64,000 nucleotides of DNA from Pseudomonadota bacterium (lineage in GTDB: Bacteria; Pseudomonadota; Gammaproteobacteria; JAKAQQ01). This document shows positions 51,311 to 61,546 of the stretch, in pieces; position 1 is the stretch's first letter, and every line of letters starts with the position of its first letter. The stretch spans positions 96,001-160,000 of the forward strand of contig DAHVLZ010000009.1 in assembly GCA_027320085.1 (NCBI GenBank). The letters are read 5' to 3'. The position numbers were made by a program, and so were the translations under genes. The notes under the pieces were generated by a model. It did not search any database. It had not been told where the DNA came from and was given only the letters and a program-made list of their open reading frames with translations.

Positions 51311-51451
51311 GACGCTCCTATCCCCGAGCTGCGGAAGATTGGTACCCGAATCACGATCAAGATGCCTCCGGTTGACGCCGCGCACCGCACGCGGTAGTTT
51401 AGCGCGGCAACTTGAAACCGGCCAACCTCCTCCCTTGATCCGGGTCTATCC

Positions 51452-52285
51452 ATGCAGTCACCCGTCCAAATCGTCTTGATCGGCGCCCCCGGTTCCGGGA
51501 AGGGAACCCAGGCTCGTCTCTTGTCCCAGCACTACGGGATTCCCCAGATCTCAACTGGCGAACTGCTTCGCCAGGCAGTTCAAAGCAGACTGCCCTTGGG
51601 GCTCGAGGCCCAGGCGGCCATGGATCAGGGCTTGCTCGTCTCCGACACCATTGTGATGGGTATCATCCGCGACCGGCTGGCTCAACCCGATACCCGGTCC
51701 GGATTCCTGCTTGACGGCTTTCCGAGGAATCTGGAACAGGCCCAGGCATTGGAGAAGCTTCTCGAGACCCTAAACCGGCCTCTCACGGTCACCATCCTGT
51801 TCCGGGTGGATTCCGAGTACCTGATCCAGCGCCTGTCCGGACGTCTGACTTGCCCCCAGTGTGGAGCGGTTTACAACCGCTACACCTCCCCCCCCCGTTT
51901 CGACGACCAATGCGACAACTGCGGCACACTCTTGCGTCACCGCAGTGATGATAACGAAGAGACCATCATCAACCGGCTCCGCGTCTACGAGGCACAAACC
52001 GAACCGCTCGTCAGTTTCTACCGGACGCGCGGATTCCTCGCCGAAATTAACGCGGACGGAGCAATTCCGGCCATCTTCCGGCAGATCAAACGGGCCATCA
52101 ACGAACGCCGGCAACGGAGAGCAACCCCCCGCACCCGGAAAGGCACCACACCGACCCGTCAATCCAAGCCGCCTGCCGTTGCCCGAGCCGCCAACCGGAC
52201 CTCTGCCACGAGGAAATCGACGTCGCGGAATATCCCGGCCGCAAAGAAAAGTCCCTCCAAGGCCAAAAAAACGAGACGCCGCTGA
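51452..52285 (+). CDS. adk: adenylate kinase with Zn-type LID and basic C-terminal tail
   Basis: GAPGSGKGTQA, STGELLR, LDGFPR, CPQC...CDNC, RSDD, QTEPL. Confidence 0.96.
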   Translation: MQSPVQIVLIGAPGSGKGTQARLLSQHYGIPQISTGELLRQAVQSRLPLGLEAQAAMDQGLLVSDTIVMGIIRDRLAQPDTRSGFLLDGFPRNLEQAQALEKLLETLNRPLTVTILFRVDSEYLIQRLSGRLTCPQCGAVYNRYTSPPRFDDQCDNCGTLLRHRSDDNEETIINRLRVYEAQTEPLVSFYRTRGFLAEINADGAIPAIFRQIKRAINERRQRRATPRTRKGTTPTRQSKPPAVARAANRTSATRKSTSRNIPAAKKSPSKAKKTRRR

Positions 52286-52301
52286 CGGGAAGCAAGTTCC
52301 C

Positions 52302-53189
52302 TCAGCCATCAGGGCGGGAGGGTGCCTTGCCCCTGAGTTCGAGGACCCGCCGGTAAGCCACAGAACGGGGGAGGTTCAAGAGGGTTGATGCCACCGTGGC
52401 CGCACGCGATGGAGAAAGCGAATCCAGAAGTAACCGGAGCACGCGATCCAGCCGCACATCAGGCAGCTCAGTGGTTTCATCGTCCATCACCCCCGCCGCT
52501 GCCTCCACCACCACAACGATCTCGCCTCGGACCGCCCCGTTCTGCAAGGCGAGGAACGTTTTGAGTTCGGACAGCGAGGCCCGGTGGAGCGCTTCATGCT
52601 GCTTGGTCATCTCACGTGCAAGGAGTGCTTTCCGGTCTGGGCCGAAGATTTCGGCCAGCTCGTCAACAAGACGCACGAGACGCACAGGAGAATCGAAGAA
52701 AACCAGAGGGATGCCGATTTTGGCAAGTGCACGGAGGCGGGCCACACGGGCAGAGCCCCGTGGCGGAAGAAAGCCTTCAAAATGGAACCGGGAGGCTGGG
52801 AATCCCGCCACCGACAGGGCAGCCAGGGCGGCAGACGGCCCCGGTACCGGTGTGACTCGAAAGCCGGCCTCGTGTGCGGCCGCAACGAGCCAGCAACCCG
52901 GATCGCTCAAGAGCGGTGTTCCTGCATCCGAAACCAAAGCCAGCCTCTCGCCCCGTTTCAGGCACTCGATCAAAAAGGGAATGCGCTCCCTTTCGTTGTG
53001 AGCATGACAGGAGACAAGCGGCACATGGAGATCGAAATGGGCCATAAGCTTGCGGGTGCGTCGGGTATCCTCGGCCACAATCCGGTTCGAGGCCCGGAGA
53101 GCCTCGAGGCCACGTGGACTGAGATCATCCAGATGGCCAATCGGGGTCGCCACAACGGCCAACTCTCCAGGTTCAGTCCCTTGAGACAA
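52302..53189 (-). CDS. rsmI: 16S rRNA C1402 2'-O-methyltransferase
   Basis: VVATPIG, AEDTR, VSDAGTPLLSDPG, PGPSA, FEGFLP, REMTK, RGE. Start uncertain. Confidence 0.95.
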   Translation of the reverse strand: MSQGTEPGELAVVATPIGHLDDLSPRGLEALRASNRIVAEDTRRTRKLMAHFDLHVPLVSCHAHNERERIPFLIECLKRGERLALVSDAGTPLLSDPGCWLVAAAHEAGFRVTPVPGPSAALAALSVAGFPASRFHFEGFLPPRGSARVARLRALAKIGIPLVFFDSPVRLVRLVDELAEIFGPDRKALLAREMTKQHEALHRASLSELKTFLALQNGAVRGEIVVVVEAAAGVMDDETTELPDVRLDRVLRLLLDSLSPSRAATVASTLLNLPRSVAYRRVLELRGKAPSRPDG

Positions 53190-53249
53190 TCGGTGAAGAA
53201 ACTGCGACAATGGAACACCAGCCTGTGTACCGGGGGTGATTTTACGCCA

Positions 53250-55112
53250 ATGTCCTCGCGATCCCGCATTCTGGTTCCCCTCATTGGCATACTGGCCATC
53301 ACGGGTTGCGCGACTCTCCCCTCCCCACCGCCAGCGGCCCAATCCCTACGAACGGCGGCGCGCCTCGCGGAAACAAATCATCACTGGCAGGAGGCGGTAC
53401 GGGAGCGAATGGCACTCGTCCGCCTCGAACCGACCAGTCGTGCCGGGGGCCGGTCTTTGATCCGGGCCACCGAGGATGCCTTGACGGCCGGTCGGATCCG
53501 CGAGGCTCACCGTCTTCTACGAGGATCCGCGGCCCGGCGTGTCGGCCCATCCTTCCTCTTCGCAGCCCTGGACTCCCGGCTCCATGATCTGCTGGCCAAA
53601 AAACGATCCACTCGGGCTCAAGCCCTGATGTTGTCGGCACCCCGCCCCCCCTCGAACCTGGCCCCGACCTTTCTCGCACTGAGAGGACAGGTCTGGTTCG
53701 CGAATGGAGCAGTACAACGGGGTACCCGGGTATTCGACGCCCGTGCCCGCCTGCTGTCCCGGGCTCACGACCGACTCACCAACCAGCGACTGCTTTGGAA
53801 AGCACTGGCCCGGGCCGCTCTCCAGAGTACCCATCCGCTGGCTCTTCCCCCGAAGGCCCATCCGATCGCCCGAGGCTGGATCGAGCTTGCCGACCTATAC
53901 CGCTCGGCATGGCAAAACCCAGCCCTTTTCCCACAGGCTCTGGCTCAATGGCGCAAGCGTCATCCCCACCATCCGGCCGAAACCAGCGTGCTCCCCGATC
54001 TCCTTCATCTGCTCACGCGGATCAGCGCCTACCCCTCAAGGCTCGCAGTCCTCCTCCCGCTCACGCACCGCTACGCCAGCGCCGGCCGGGCCATCGAGGT
54101 CGGGATTCTGGCCTCCCGCTTTGCTGCCAACCCGAACGCAACCCCACCCCGCATATTCTTTGACAACACCGGGAGTCGCCGTTCCGGACTACGGAAAGCC
54201 TACCAAAAGGCCCTGTCCCAAAGAGCCGATTGGATCATCGGTCCACTGCTTGCCCCCCAAGTTGCGGAACTGGCGCGGCTGCAACCATCAATTCCGGTCC
54301 TCGCCCTGAACAACCTGCCACCGGCAACCGCCCGTCCTGCTACCTTTCATGAGTTCTCACTCTCTCCAGGGGATGAAATCCGACAGATCGCGAGACGGCT
54401 GGCCCAAAGGAAAGAATTGTTCGGCGCCATGCTCGTCCCGCACGGGACCTGGGGTCGATCCTTGGTTTCGGACCTGAAAACGGCTCTGCGACCGTCTGGC
54501 GGCAGGCTTCTGTCCGTCGTGCGATATACCCCCGACCGTCGGAGCTACGCTCACGATATCCGTAGCCTCCTCAGAGTGAATGCCAGTGTGATCCGCGAAC
54601 AGGCTTTGGCCGACACGCTGGGGATGCCCCTTGAATTTGTGCCCGAACCGAGATCCGACCTCCGTTTCATTCTCGTCGCGGCATCACCTCTGGAGGCCCG
54701 AGAGATCCTTCCGGAACTCAAGTACTTCGGCGTAAACCGCGTACCCGTTTATGGACTGTCCCGGGACGACGTCCCGAAGAGCAGGCATCCCGATCTTGAC
54801 GGACTGCATATTCTGGCAATGCCTTGGTTGCTGGATCCAGCCCCCACTTGGCACGGCGTCCGCCAAACCATTGCGCGGCTCTGGCCCAACCGGGAGCGCC
54901 GGGAGGCTCGGCTCGTGGCCTTCGGTTTTGATGCCTACCGTTTGGTTCCTTGGCTCAGAAACTTACATGGACCCCTGAGGACCCCTCTCTGGGGCGCGAC
55001 CGGACTTTTGAGTACTAGTCGTCATGGCCACATTCGACGACGCCTGCTCTGGGCACGCTTTGAAAACGGCCGCGCGGTTCCCGATCCAGCCAAAACGAGA
55101 TTACACCCCTGA
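53250..55112 (+). CDS. lpoA: penicillin-binding protein activator LpoA
   Basis: Lipobox AITGC, WRKRHPHHPA, AVLLPL, IIGPLL, VLALN, R.VAFGFDAY, GATG; divergent from rsmI. Confidence 0.88.
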   Translation: MSSRSRILVPLIGILAITGCATLPSPPPAAQSLRTAARLAETNHHWQEAVRERMALVRLEPTSRAGGRSLIRATEDALTAGRIREAHRLLRGSAARRVGPSFLFAALDSRLHDLLAKKRSTRAQALMLSAPRPPSNLAPTFLALRGQVWFANGAVQRGTRVFDARARLLSRAHDRLTNQRLLWKALARAALQSTHPLALPPKAHPIARGWIELADLYRSAWQNPALFPQALAQWRKRHPHHPAETSVLPDLLHLLTRISAYPSRLAVLLPLTHRYASAGRAIEVGILASRFAANPNATPPRIFFDNTGSRRSGLRKAYQKALSQRADWIIGPLLAPQVAELARLQPSIPVLALNNLPPATARPATFHEFSLSPGDEIRQIARRLAQRKELFGAMLVPHGTWGRSLVSDLKTALRPSGGRLLSVVRYTPDRRSYAHDIRSLLRVNASVIREQALADTLGMPLEFVPEPRSDLRFILVAASPLEAREILPELKYFGVNRVPVYGLSRDDVPKSRHPDLDGLHILAMPWLLDPAPTWHGVRQTIARLWPNRERREARLVAFGFDAYRLVPWLRNLHGPLRTPLWGATGLLSTSRHGHIRRRLLWARFENGRAVPDPAKTRLHP

Positions 55113-55182
55113 GGGGGCAATCCACCCTGTCCGCGGTCGGGCAGCACCCCACCCGCCACCACCTCCCTAACCGGATGGGACC

Positions 55183-56724
55183 ATGAGATCAAATCTGCTC
55201 TCCAGAAAGCTCGCCTTCATCGTCACAGTGACTTACTTTGCCGCAGGGTTTCTCTGGATTACCCTCTCGGACCTGGTCGTGGCGACCCTTCATTTGCCTG
55301 AAACGGAACGCACCCTGGTTGAAATCCTGAAGGGTGACCTTTTTATTGTGCTGTCGTCAGTCGCGGTCTACTTTCTCCTCCACCGGCTGACCCGTATCTC
55401 CAATGAGACCTCCATCCAAAAGCACCTGGCCCGCGAGGATCCTCTCACCCACCTTCTCAACCGTTCCGGCTGGGTCGAGGCAAGCATAACGGCCTTGCGG
55501 CAGCAAGTGCGCGGCGAGGCGACGGTTGTGCTCATCGACGTGAGCCAGCTCCGTTACATCAACGGTGCTTTTGGTACAGCAGCCGGGAATTTTGTCCTCC
55601 GCTACCTGGCCGACCATATCCGACACCATCTCGGCCCCCACGATATCCTGGGACGAGATGATGCCAGCCGGTTTGCACTCTTCCTACCGGGCAATCCAGA
55701 ACACTCCATCGAGCGCCTGTTTGAAGACCTTGCCCAAGTTTGCCAGCATCCCGTTCATCTCGGCCTACACCGTTTTCGTTTCTCCTTCGCGATGGGAATC
55801 AGCCAATCGCCCCGAGACGCAACTTCCATCGCCGAGCTACTCACGCGCGCTGCGATTGCACTCGACCAAGCCAAGTTGTCACCTGACCGCCATCTCGCGT
55901 ACTACGATCAAACCGACGCCAAAAACACCCTGGCGGCCTTACGGCTTGAAACCGATCTGGGACTTGCCCTCGAACGCCACGAGTTCATCATGCATTTTCA
56001 ACCCGTTCTCAGCCTACCCGGACTCAGGCTTTTGTCGGTTGAAGGCCTGGTGCGCTGGCAGCATCCGACACTGGGACTGATTCCACCCGACACGTTCATC
56101 CAGACGGCGGAAAGGATCGGCTTGATCCACGAGCTTGGCCGTTTTGTGCTGGCCGAATCGATCCGGAACCTCATGCGCCTGCCCATCCCGGAGACGGTCC
56201 GTCCGTCCCTGGCCATCAACCTGTCCGCCCTTCAGTTCGCCCATCGGGACCTCCTGCAATCGATTCGGGACACGCTGGAGGAAACCGGTTTCCCTCCCGA
56301 GCGGCTCGGCGTGGAGATCACGGAATCGACTTTCATGAACGACCCGGAACAGGGGAGAAAAATCCTGTACCAACTCCGCGACATGGGAATTTCTACTGCC
56401 CTTGATGATTTTGGGACCGGCTATTCCTCCCTGGCCTACCTGCAGGAGCTGCCTGTCCAAACACTCAAGATCGATCGCTCCCTGATTAAGCCACTCCCGA
56501 TCCAGGAACCGTCGCGACGCATCGTGCGTGCCCTTATTGATCTCGCCCACAGTCTCGAGCTCCGGGTTATCGCGGAAGGCATTGAACGCCGCGAGGAGTT
56601 GGAACATCTGGAAAATGCCGGCTGCGACGCCGTGCAGGGTTTCCTGTTTTCAAAGCCCCTGCCGGCTTCAGCCTTATCGGAATGGATCTTGAACCAGACT
56701 GGGAATCCGGAGGGGTCAGCCTAG
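55183..56724 (+). CDS. membrane-anchored GGDEF-EAL protein, probable c-di-GMP phosphodiesterase
   Basis: Two TMs, DPLT..NR, degenerate GGDEF (RDDASRF), EGLVRW, INLS, EITES, DDFGTGYSSL, KIDRS, AEGIE, QGFL. Confidence 0.92.
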   Translation: MRSNLLSRKLAFIVTVTYFAAGFLWITLSDLVVATLHLPETERTLVEILKGDLFIVLSSVAVYFLLHRLTRISNETSIQKHLAREDPLTHLLNRSGWVEASITALRQQVRGEATVVLIDVSQLRYINGAFGTAAGNFVLRYLADHIRHHLGPHDILGRDDASRFALFLPGNPEHSIERLFEDLAQVCQHPVHLGLHRFRFSFAMGISQSPRDATSIAELLTRAAIALDQAKLSPDRHLAYYDQTDAKNTLAALRLETDLGLALERHEFIMHFQPVLSLPGLRLLSVEGLVRWQHPTLGLIPPDTFIQTAERIGLIHELGRFVLAESIRNLMRLPIPETVRPSLAINLSALQFAHRDLLQSIRDTLEETGFPPERLGVEITESTFMNDPEQGRKILYQLRDMGISTALDDFGTGYSSLAYLQELPVQTLKIDRSLIKPLPIQEPSRRIVRALIDLAHSLELRVIAEGIERREELEHLENAGCDAVQGFLFSKPLPASALSEWILNQTGNPEGSA

Positions 56725-58139
56725 ACCTTGACCGGTTCGACGGGCTGAGGACGAGCCGGGCCGAAACCCGGCGACGAGAGGCTTTCAAGGCTCCACTCAC
56801 CGAGATCCACAAGGTCCGGCAGCAACGACCGGGCATCACCGATGACCACCAGAAAACAGTCCTCGGGAGCGGGAAAGACTTCGCGCAGGATCACCCCCGC
56901 CCGGGCTGGAGAGATCTGATCCAAGGCTTCGGCATACCCGGCCCAATCAGCCAGGGACAAATGATGGAATCGTCGGAGAGCCAGCCGGAACGACCACTGA
57001 TTCGTGGTTTCATAACGAAAAGCCTCTTGACCTTTGAGGTAAAGACGCCCCGCCTTGAGGTCGGCTTCCAGCAAACCCACCTCCCGCGCTCGCCTGAGCA
57101 CATCGAACGCAGCGTCCAGAGCCCGGCGGGTCCGCTCAGTCGGCGTATAAGACGTGAGGTAACTCACCCCGCGGAAGCTGGGAAGGGTATACCCTGCGTG
57201 AGCCCCGTAGGTCAAACCCTCTTCGATCCTAAGACGTCGATTGAGGAGGGAGTTGAACCGGCCACCCAGAACCGACTGCACAAGCTCAAGTCCGACGCGC
57301 TCCGGGTAGCGACGGTCAACACCCAGCCCACCCATCCAAAAATAACACTGGGTGGCACCCGGTCGGTCGATGAACAAACCCCGCATACCGATCGGGGGTT
57401 CGACTGGAACCTGAAGATCCGAACTGCCGGGGTTTTGCACTTTGCGCGAGGAAAAGATTCGGGTCAGGGAGGCTCGGATCTCGTCCGGATCGAAATCCCC
57501 GGCCACGCTCACCACCGCTCTGCGATCCCGCAAATGCTGGAACCAGAACCGTCGGAGGGAACCCGGCTCAAGCCGGCCCAAACTGATCTCGTCCCCTCCG
57601 ACCGGATGTCCATAGGGGCTCCCGCTGCCGTAAATCCAGCTGTCCGCGTAGACCGAAAGCAAGGAACGGGGATCACCATCCTTGGCGACCCGGATCGCGG
57701 CAATGGACCGTTTCTGCAGCTTGTGCAGCTCGGATGCAGTAAACCGGGAGGATTCAAACACGTCCTCCACGAGATCCCAAACCTTAGGGAAAACCCGGCG
57801 CGGTGCCGAAAGGGTTATTCCCAAGCACTCCCGACCCGCCCAGGTCTCGAAATCTGCCCCCAAAACCTCGAAACGGGCGGCAAGCGTGATGGCATCACTG
57901 GTTTTCGTTCCTTTGACGAGCAGTTCGGACGTGGTCTGAGCCTGGCCGAAATAATCCGGTGCATCAAGTAACGCTCCACCCTCCCAGAGAAAGGTGACCG
58001 TGATGAGCGGTACCTCCGGACGGGGGCAAAGGACAAGCTCGATCCCAGGTTCGAGGACTTCTTCGAGAATCCCGTCAAGTGACCTCCAGTCGCGGAGCCC
58101 GGACGGAAGGGTACCCGACTTGACCCCGATCCTGTTCAT
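56721..58139 (-). CDS. M16 peptidase family, non-catalytic subunit
   Basis: No HxxEH; VAGD, LGGRFNSLL..LR...GLTY (R/Y pair). Confidence 0.87.
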   Translation of the reverse strand: MNRIGVKSGTLPSGLRDWRSLDGILEEVLEPGIELVLCPRPEVPLITVTFLWEGGALLDAPDYFGQAQTTSELLVKGTKTSDAITLAARFEVLGADFETWAGRECLGITLSAPRRVFPKVWDLVEDVFESSRFTASELHKLQKRSIAAIRVAKDGDPRSLLSVYADSWIYGSGSPYGHPVGGDEISLGRLEPGSLRRFWFQHLRDRRAVVSVAGDFDPDEIRASLTRIFSSRKVQNPGSSDLQVPVEPPIGMRGLFIDRPGATQCYFWMGGLGVDRRYPERVGLELVQSVLGGRFNSLLNRRLRIEEGLTYGAHAGYTLPSFRGVSYLTSYTPTERTRRALDAAFDVLRRAREVGLLEADLKAGRLYLKGQEAFRYETTNQWSFRLALRRFHHLSLADWAGYAEALDQISPARAGVILREVFPAPEDCFLVVIGDARSLLPDLVDLGEWSLESLSSPGFGPARPQPVEPVKV

Positions 58140-59449
58140 GTCCCGTCAGGATGAAGGCACCCCACCGTCCATCCACCCTGTCCGAATGCGTCTCGTGCTG
58201 CATCGCGGATTTCATCGGCACCCACAGCCTCGAGTCGCCCCGGATAAGTCTGGATCCGGGAAAGATCACGGTGCAGGGTCCAGGCGCGCCCCAAAAGTTC
58301 GGCCCGCCCCGTGACCGACTCAAGCTGATGATAATAGGAAGCCAGTCTCTGGTTGATCGCCCGGATCCGTTCCTCGTCGGTGGGGCCGGCATCAGCCAAC
58401 TGGGCGAGTGCCTGGCGGATCGTGCGTTCGACCGTCTGCGGTCGTCTGCCCGGAGCCAGCGCGACCAGCAGAATCCGGCATCCGGGCACCCGATGACCGA
58501 TCCGGTAAGCCTCGAGAGCAATGGCTTCGGCCTTGCGTTCAACCAGTAACGCGTGAAGGCGGGAGGCCACTCCTTCAACCAGGACCGTCCAAAGCAATTC
58601 ATGAGCCAAGGCTGAGGGAGCCGTCACCGCTGGAGTGGGGAACGATAGCGCCAAATAGGAAGACTGAACAGCAGCTGAACGCTCGATCCGACGCTCCCCA
58701 GCCGAATGCGGTCCCACGGGTACTGGTTCGCTCGCCCCAGCCACACGGTCCGGGGCCTGGTCGAGCCCCTGATCGACACACAGCCGGTTCCAGTGCTCCG
58801 GCTCGATGCCTCCGACTCCAACGATCGTGGGTCGGGCATACCGGTAGTGGCGGTTATAGAACCGGCTGAGAGAAGACTCATCGATGCGCGCAATATCTTC
58901 GGCCCATCCGATAACAGGGTGGGCGTAGGCCGTTCCCGCACAGGCCACCGCCTGCACCTCTTCGAGGAAACAGGCCACCGGGTCATTCTCCACACTGGCT
59001 TCCCGCTCGGACAAGATCACTCCCCGTTCACGGTCGACCCGTTCAGCATCAATGAGCAGGGTACGCATGCGATCCATTTCAAGCGCGAACGCGGTGGCGG
59101 TCGCTGTAGCCGGAAAATGCTCGTGATAAACCGTCATCTCCTCGGTGGTATAAGCATTGTTACTTCCCCCGGCCGCCTCCAGAACGCGATCGAAATCCCC
59201 GTCAGGGAAACGGGCACTACCATTGAACATCATGTGTTCCAAAAAATGGGCCAGTCCGGTCGGAGCAGCAGGTTCATCGGCACTGCCGACTTGGTAGAAC
59301 ATGTAAAGCGCTGCCCGTGGGTTGCCCGGATCCGGCCAGAGCAAGGTCTCGGGACCTGCGGGCCAACTGACCGGCGCCCAAGGACAGGACAAGTCTCCCG
59401 CGGCAGCCCGGATTAGTGGGTCATCGGATGTATTCGCACGGTTGGGCAT
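58136..59449 (-). CDS. M16 peptidase family, catalytic subunit
   Basis: VGSADE, GLAHFLEHMMF, NAYT, ERGVILSE, HPVIG. Confidence 0.92.
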   Translation of the reverse strand: MPNRANTSDDPLIRAAAGDLSCPWAPVSWPAGPETLLWPDPGNPRAALYMFYQVGSADEPAAPTGLAHFLEHMMFNGSARFPDGDFDRVLEAAGGSNNAYTTEEMTVYHEHFPATATATAFALEMDRMRTLLIDAERVDRERGVILSEREASVENDPVACFLEEVQAVACAGTAYAHPVIGWAEDIARIDESSLSRFYNRHYRYARPTIVGVGGIEPEHWNRLCVDQGLDQAPDRVAGASEPVPVGPHSAGERRIERSAAVQSSYLALSFPTPAVTAPSALAHELLWTVLVEGVASRLHALLVERKAEAIALEAYRIGHRVPGCRILLVALAPGRRPQTVERTIRQALAQLADAGPTDEERIRAINQRLASYYHQLESVTGRAELLGRAWTLHRDLSRIQTYPGRLEAVGADEIRDAARDAFGQGGWTVGCLHPDGT

Positions 59450-59670
59450 GGGATTTTGCGGACTCGGGCTCCACCGGGAGGCTTACGCCCGACGGGATCC
59501 TCATGGAAGGGCGCATTATCGGCCCCCTCAGGAAAAAAATGCAACTGGATGGGGCAACCCGGCAAGACTCTCCCGGTCCTCTCCCTGAACCTTGAGTGAC
59601 GGGTCGTTGACGAGGTTTGTCGTTCCCTATACCGTCGTACGGTCTTCCCCGCCATCCGAAAATACAGGCC

Positions 59671-60309
59671 ATGACCGAGGCACGACTCACCTTTTATACC
59701 AACCCCCAGTCACGAGGACGAATCATCCGCTGGATGCTTGAGGAGACGGGGGCCCCCTACGAGTCCGTGGTACTCGATTACGGAACTTCCATGAAAACGC
59801 CGGACTACCTCGCCATAAACCCCATGGGTAAGGTTCCGGCGATCCAGCATGGTCAGGTGGTCGTGACCGAGACGGCGGCTATTTGCACCTACCTGGCGGA
59901 TGCTTTTCCCGCCGCCGGACTGGCACCGGCTCCAGGCAATCCCCTGCGGGGACCCTACTACCGCTGGCTCTTCTTCGGCGCAGGACCCCTCGAAGCTGCA
60001 ATATCCAACCACGCGCTGGGCTTTATAGTCCCGGCAGAGCGTGAACGCATGATGGGATATGGAAACTACGACCGGACGCTCGATGTCCTGGAAGGGGCCC
60101 TCTCGGGGGGGAGCTACCTTCTCGGATCCCATTTCACGGCAGCTGACGTGTACCTCGGATCGCATATCGGATTCGGCCTTCAGTTCGGCACCCTGGAAAG
60201 TCGTCCTGCCTTCGAAAGCTACTGGGCCCGCCTGAGCGTCCGGCCCGCCCTCGTACGTGCCCGTCAGATGGACGATGCCCTGATCCCGGAAAAGCCACAG
60301 CCCCGCTGA
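59671..60309 (+). CDS. glutathione S-transferase family protein
   Basis: PQSRGRIIRWMLEE, INPMGKVP, ETAAICTYLAD, FTAADV. Confidence 0.93.
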   Translation: MTEARLTFYTNPQSRGRIIRWMLEETGAPYESVVLDYGTSMKTPDYLAINPMGKVPAIQHGQVVVTETAAICTYLADAFPAAGLAPAPGNPLRGPYYRWLFFGAGPLEAAISNHALGFIVPAERERMMGYGNYDRTLDVLEGALSGGSYLLGSHFTAADVYLGSHIGFGLQFGTLESRPAFESYWARLSVRPALVRARQMDDALIPEKPQPR

Positions 60310-60329
60310 CCCGTCTACCACCCGCCTGA

Positions 60330-60358
60330 TTGTCACAAAAATGCCATATTTCTGGTAT
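60330..60358 (+). promoter_or_regulatory. Pho box (PhoB site)
   Basis: TTGTCAC, ATGCCAT, CTGGTAT at 11 bp periodicity (60330, 60341, 60352) upstream of pstS. Confidence 0.7.
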
Positions 60359-60411
60359 AGGCTGCACTGAGATCAGTCTCACAATCCTTTCACTGACCCG
60401 GGAGCCTTGCC

Positions 60412-61494
60412 ATGTCGAAACTCCGGATTCACTCTCTCGTCCGTTCCCCTACCCTCGCTGCCTTGGCCCTTGCTGGCCTTTGTGCCTTGTGGCCGGCCCC
60501 GAGCCAGGCCCGGACGATCCACCTGATCGAAACCGGTTCCACCCTGCTTTATCCCCTCTTCAACCTTTGGGTTCCCACCTATACCGCAACCCATCCTGGG
60601 ATCCGGATCACCACCGAGGCGACCGGAAGCGGAACCGGGATCGCACAGGCCACGGCCAATCTCGTGCAGCTCGGCGCCTCGGATGCCTACCTGAGTCCTG
60701 CGCTACAGCACCTGCATCCCGGGTTGCTCAACATTCCGCTCGCCATTTCGAGCCAGATGATCAACTACAATCTGCCGGGACTCAACAACCGTCCGTTGCA
60801 CCTGTCAGGCCCTGTCTTGGCCGCTATCTACGCGGGCCAAATCCGTTATTGGAATGCCCCCGCCATTCGTGCCCTCAATCCAGACTTGCCGCTTCCCCAC
60901 CACCTGATCCTGCCGATCCACCGCAGCGACGGCAGCGGTGACACCTTTATCTTCACCCAGTACCTGAGTTTCTCCACTCCCGCCTGGATGAAGTCCACGG
61001 GGTACGGAACCACCGTGAGCTGGCCATCGGTCCGGGGAGAGATCGGAGCCACCGGAAACCCCGGAATGGTGCAGGCTCTGGCCACCAATCCGTATGCCAT
61101 TGCCTATATCGGGGTCAGCTATCGTTCGGCGATCCTCAAAGAGCACTTGGGGCAGGCCTGGCTCAAAAACCGCGCCGGGCAATTCGTTTTCCTCACCCAC
61201 GCGAATGTTGAAGCAGCAGTCGCCTCTCGTGCCCCCCATACGCCACCCAACCAGAGCATCAGCCTGGTCTTTGCGCCGGGAGCGAATGCCTACCCGATCA
61301 TCAACTATGAGTACGTCATCGTCAAAAATCACCAGGCTTCCCGTCACGTGGCACGGGCCGTCCGTGAGTTCCTCGACTGGGCCATCGCTCCGTCGGGCGG
61401 AAACGCACCCACATTCCTGAACCGGGTTGGGTTCGCACCGCTGCCGAAATTGGCCGTCCTCCAGAGCCAGCGACAGATCGCGGAAATCCATTAA
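60412..61494 (+). CDS. pstS: phosphate ABC transporter substrate-binding protein
   Basis: GSTLLYP, TGSGTG, GASD, RSDGSGDT, YPIINYEY. Confidence 0.95.
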   Translation: MSKLRIHSLVRSPTLAALALAGLCALWPAPSQARTIHLIETGSTLLYPLFNLWVPTYTATHPGIRITTEATGSGTGIAQATANLVQLGASDAYLSPALQHLHPGLLNIPLAISSQMINYNLPGLNNRPLHLSGPVLAAIYAGQIRYWNAPAIRALNPDLPLPHHLILPIHRSDGSGDTFIFTQYLSFSTPAWMKSTGYGTTVSWPSVRGEIGATGNPGMVQALATNPYAIAYIGVSYRSAILKEHLGQAWLKNRAGQFVFLTHANVEAAVASRAPHTPPNQSISLVFAPGANAYPIINYEYVIVKNHQASRHVARAVREFLDWAIAPSGGNAPTFLNRVGFAPLPKLAVLQSQRQIAEIH

Positions 61495-61507
61495 ACTGGC
61501 CTCTCAC

Positions 61508-61533
61508 AACGGGGGGGCAGAAGCCCCCCCGTT
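61508..61533 (+). other. intercistronic hairpin after pstS (mRNA stabiliser or partial terminator)
   Basis: AACGGGGGGGC-AGAA-GCCCCCCCGTT perfect 11 bp stem; only a short T run follows. Confidence 0.7.
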
Positions 61534-61546
61534 TCCGGACCTGAGG

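Noticed and set aside
52584-53249. N-terminal extension of LpoA (842 aa ORF)
   Set aside because: Antisense of rsmI; lipoprotein signal begins at 53250.
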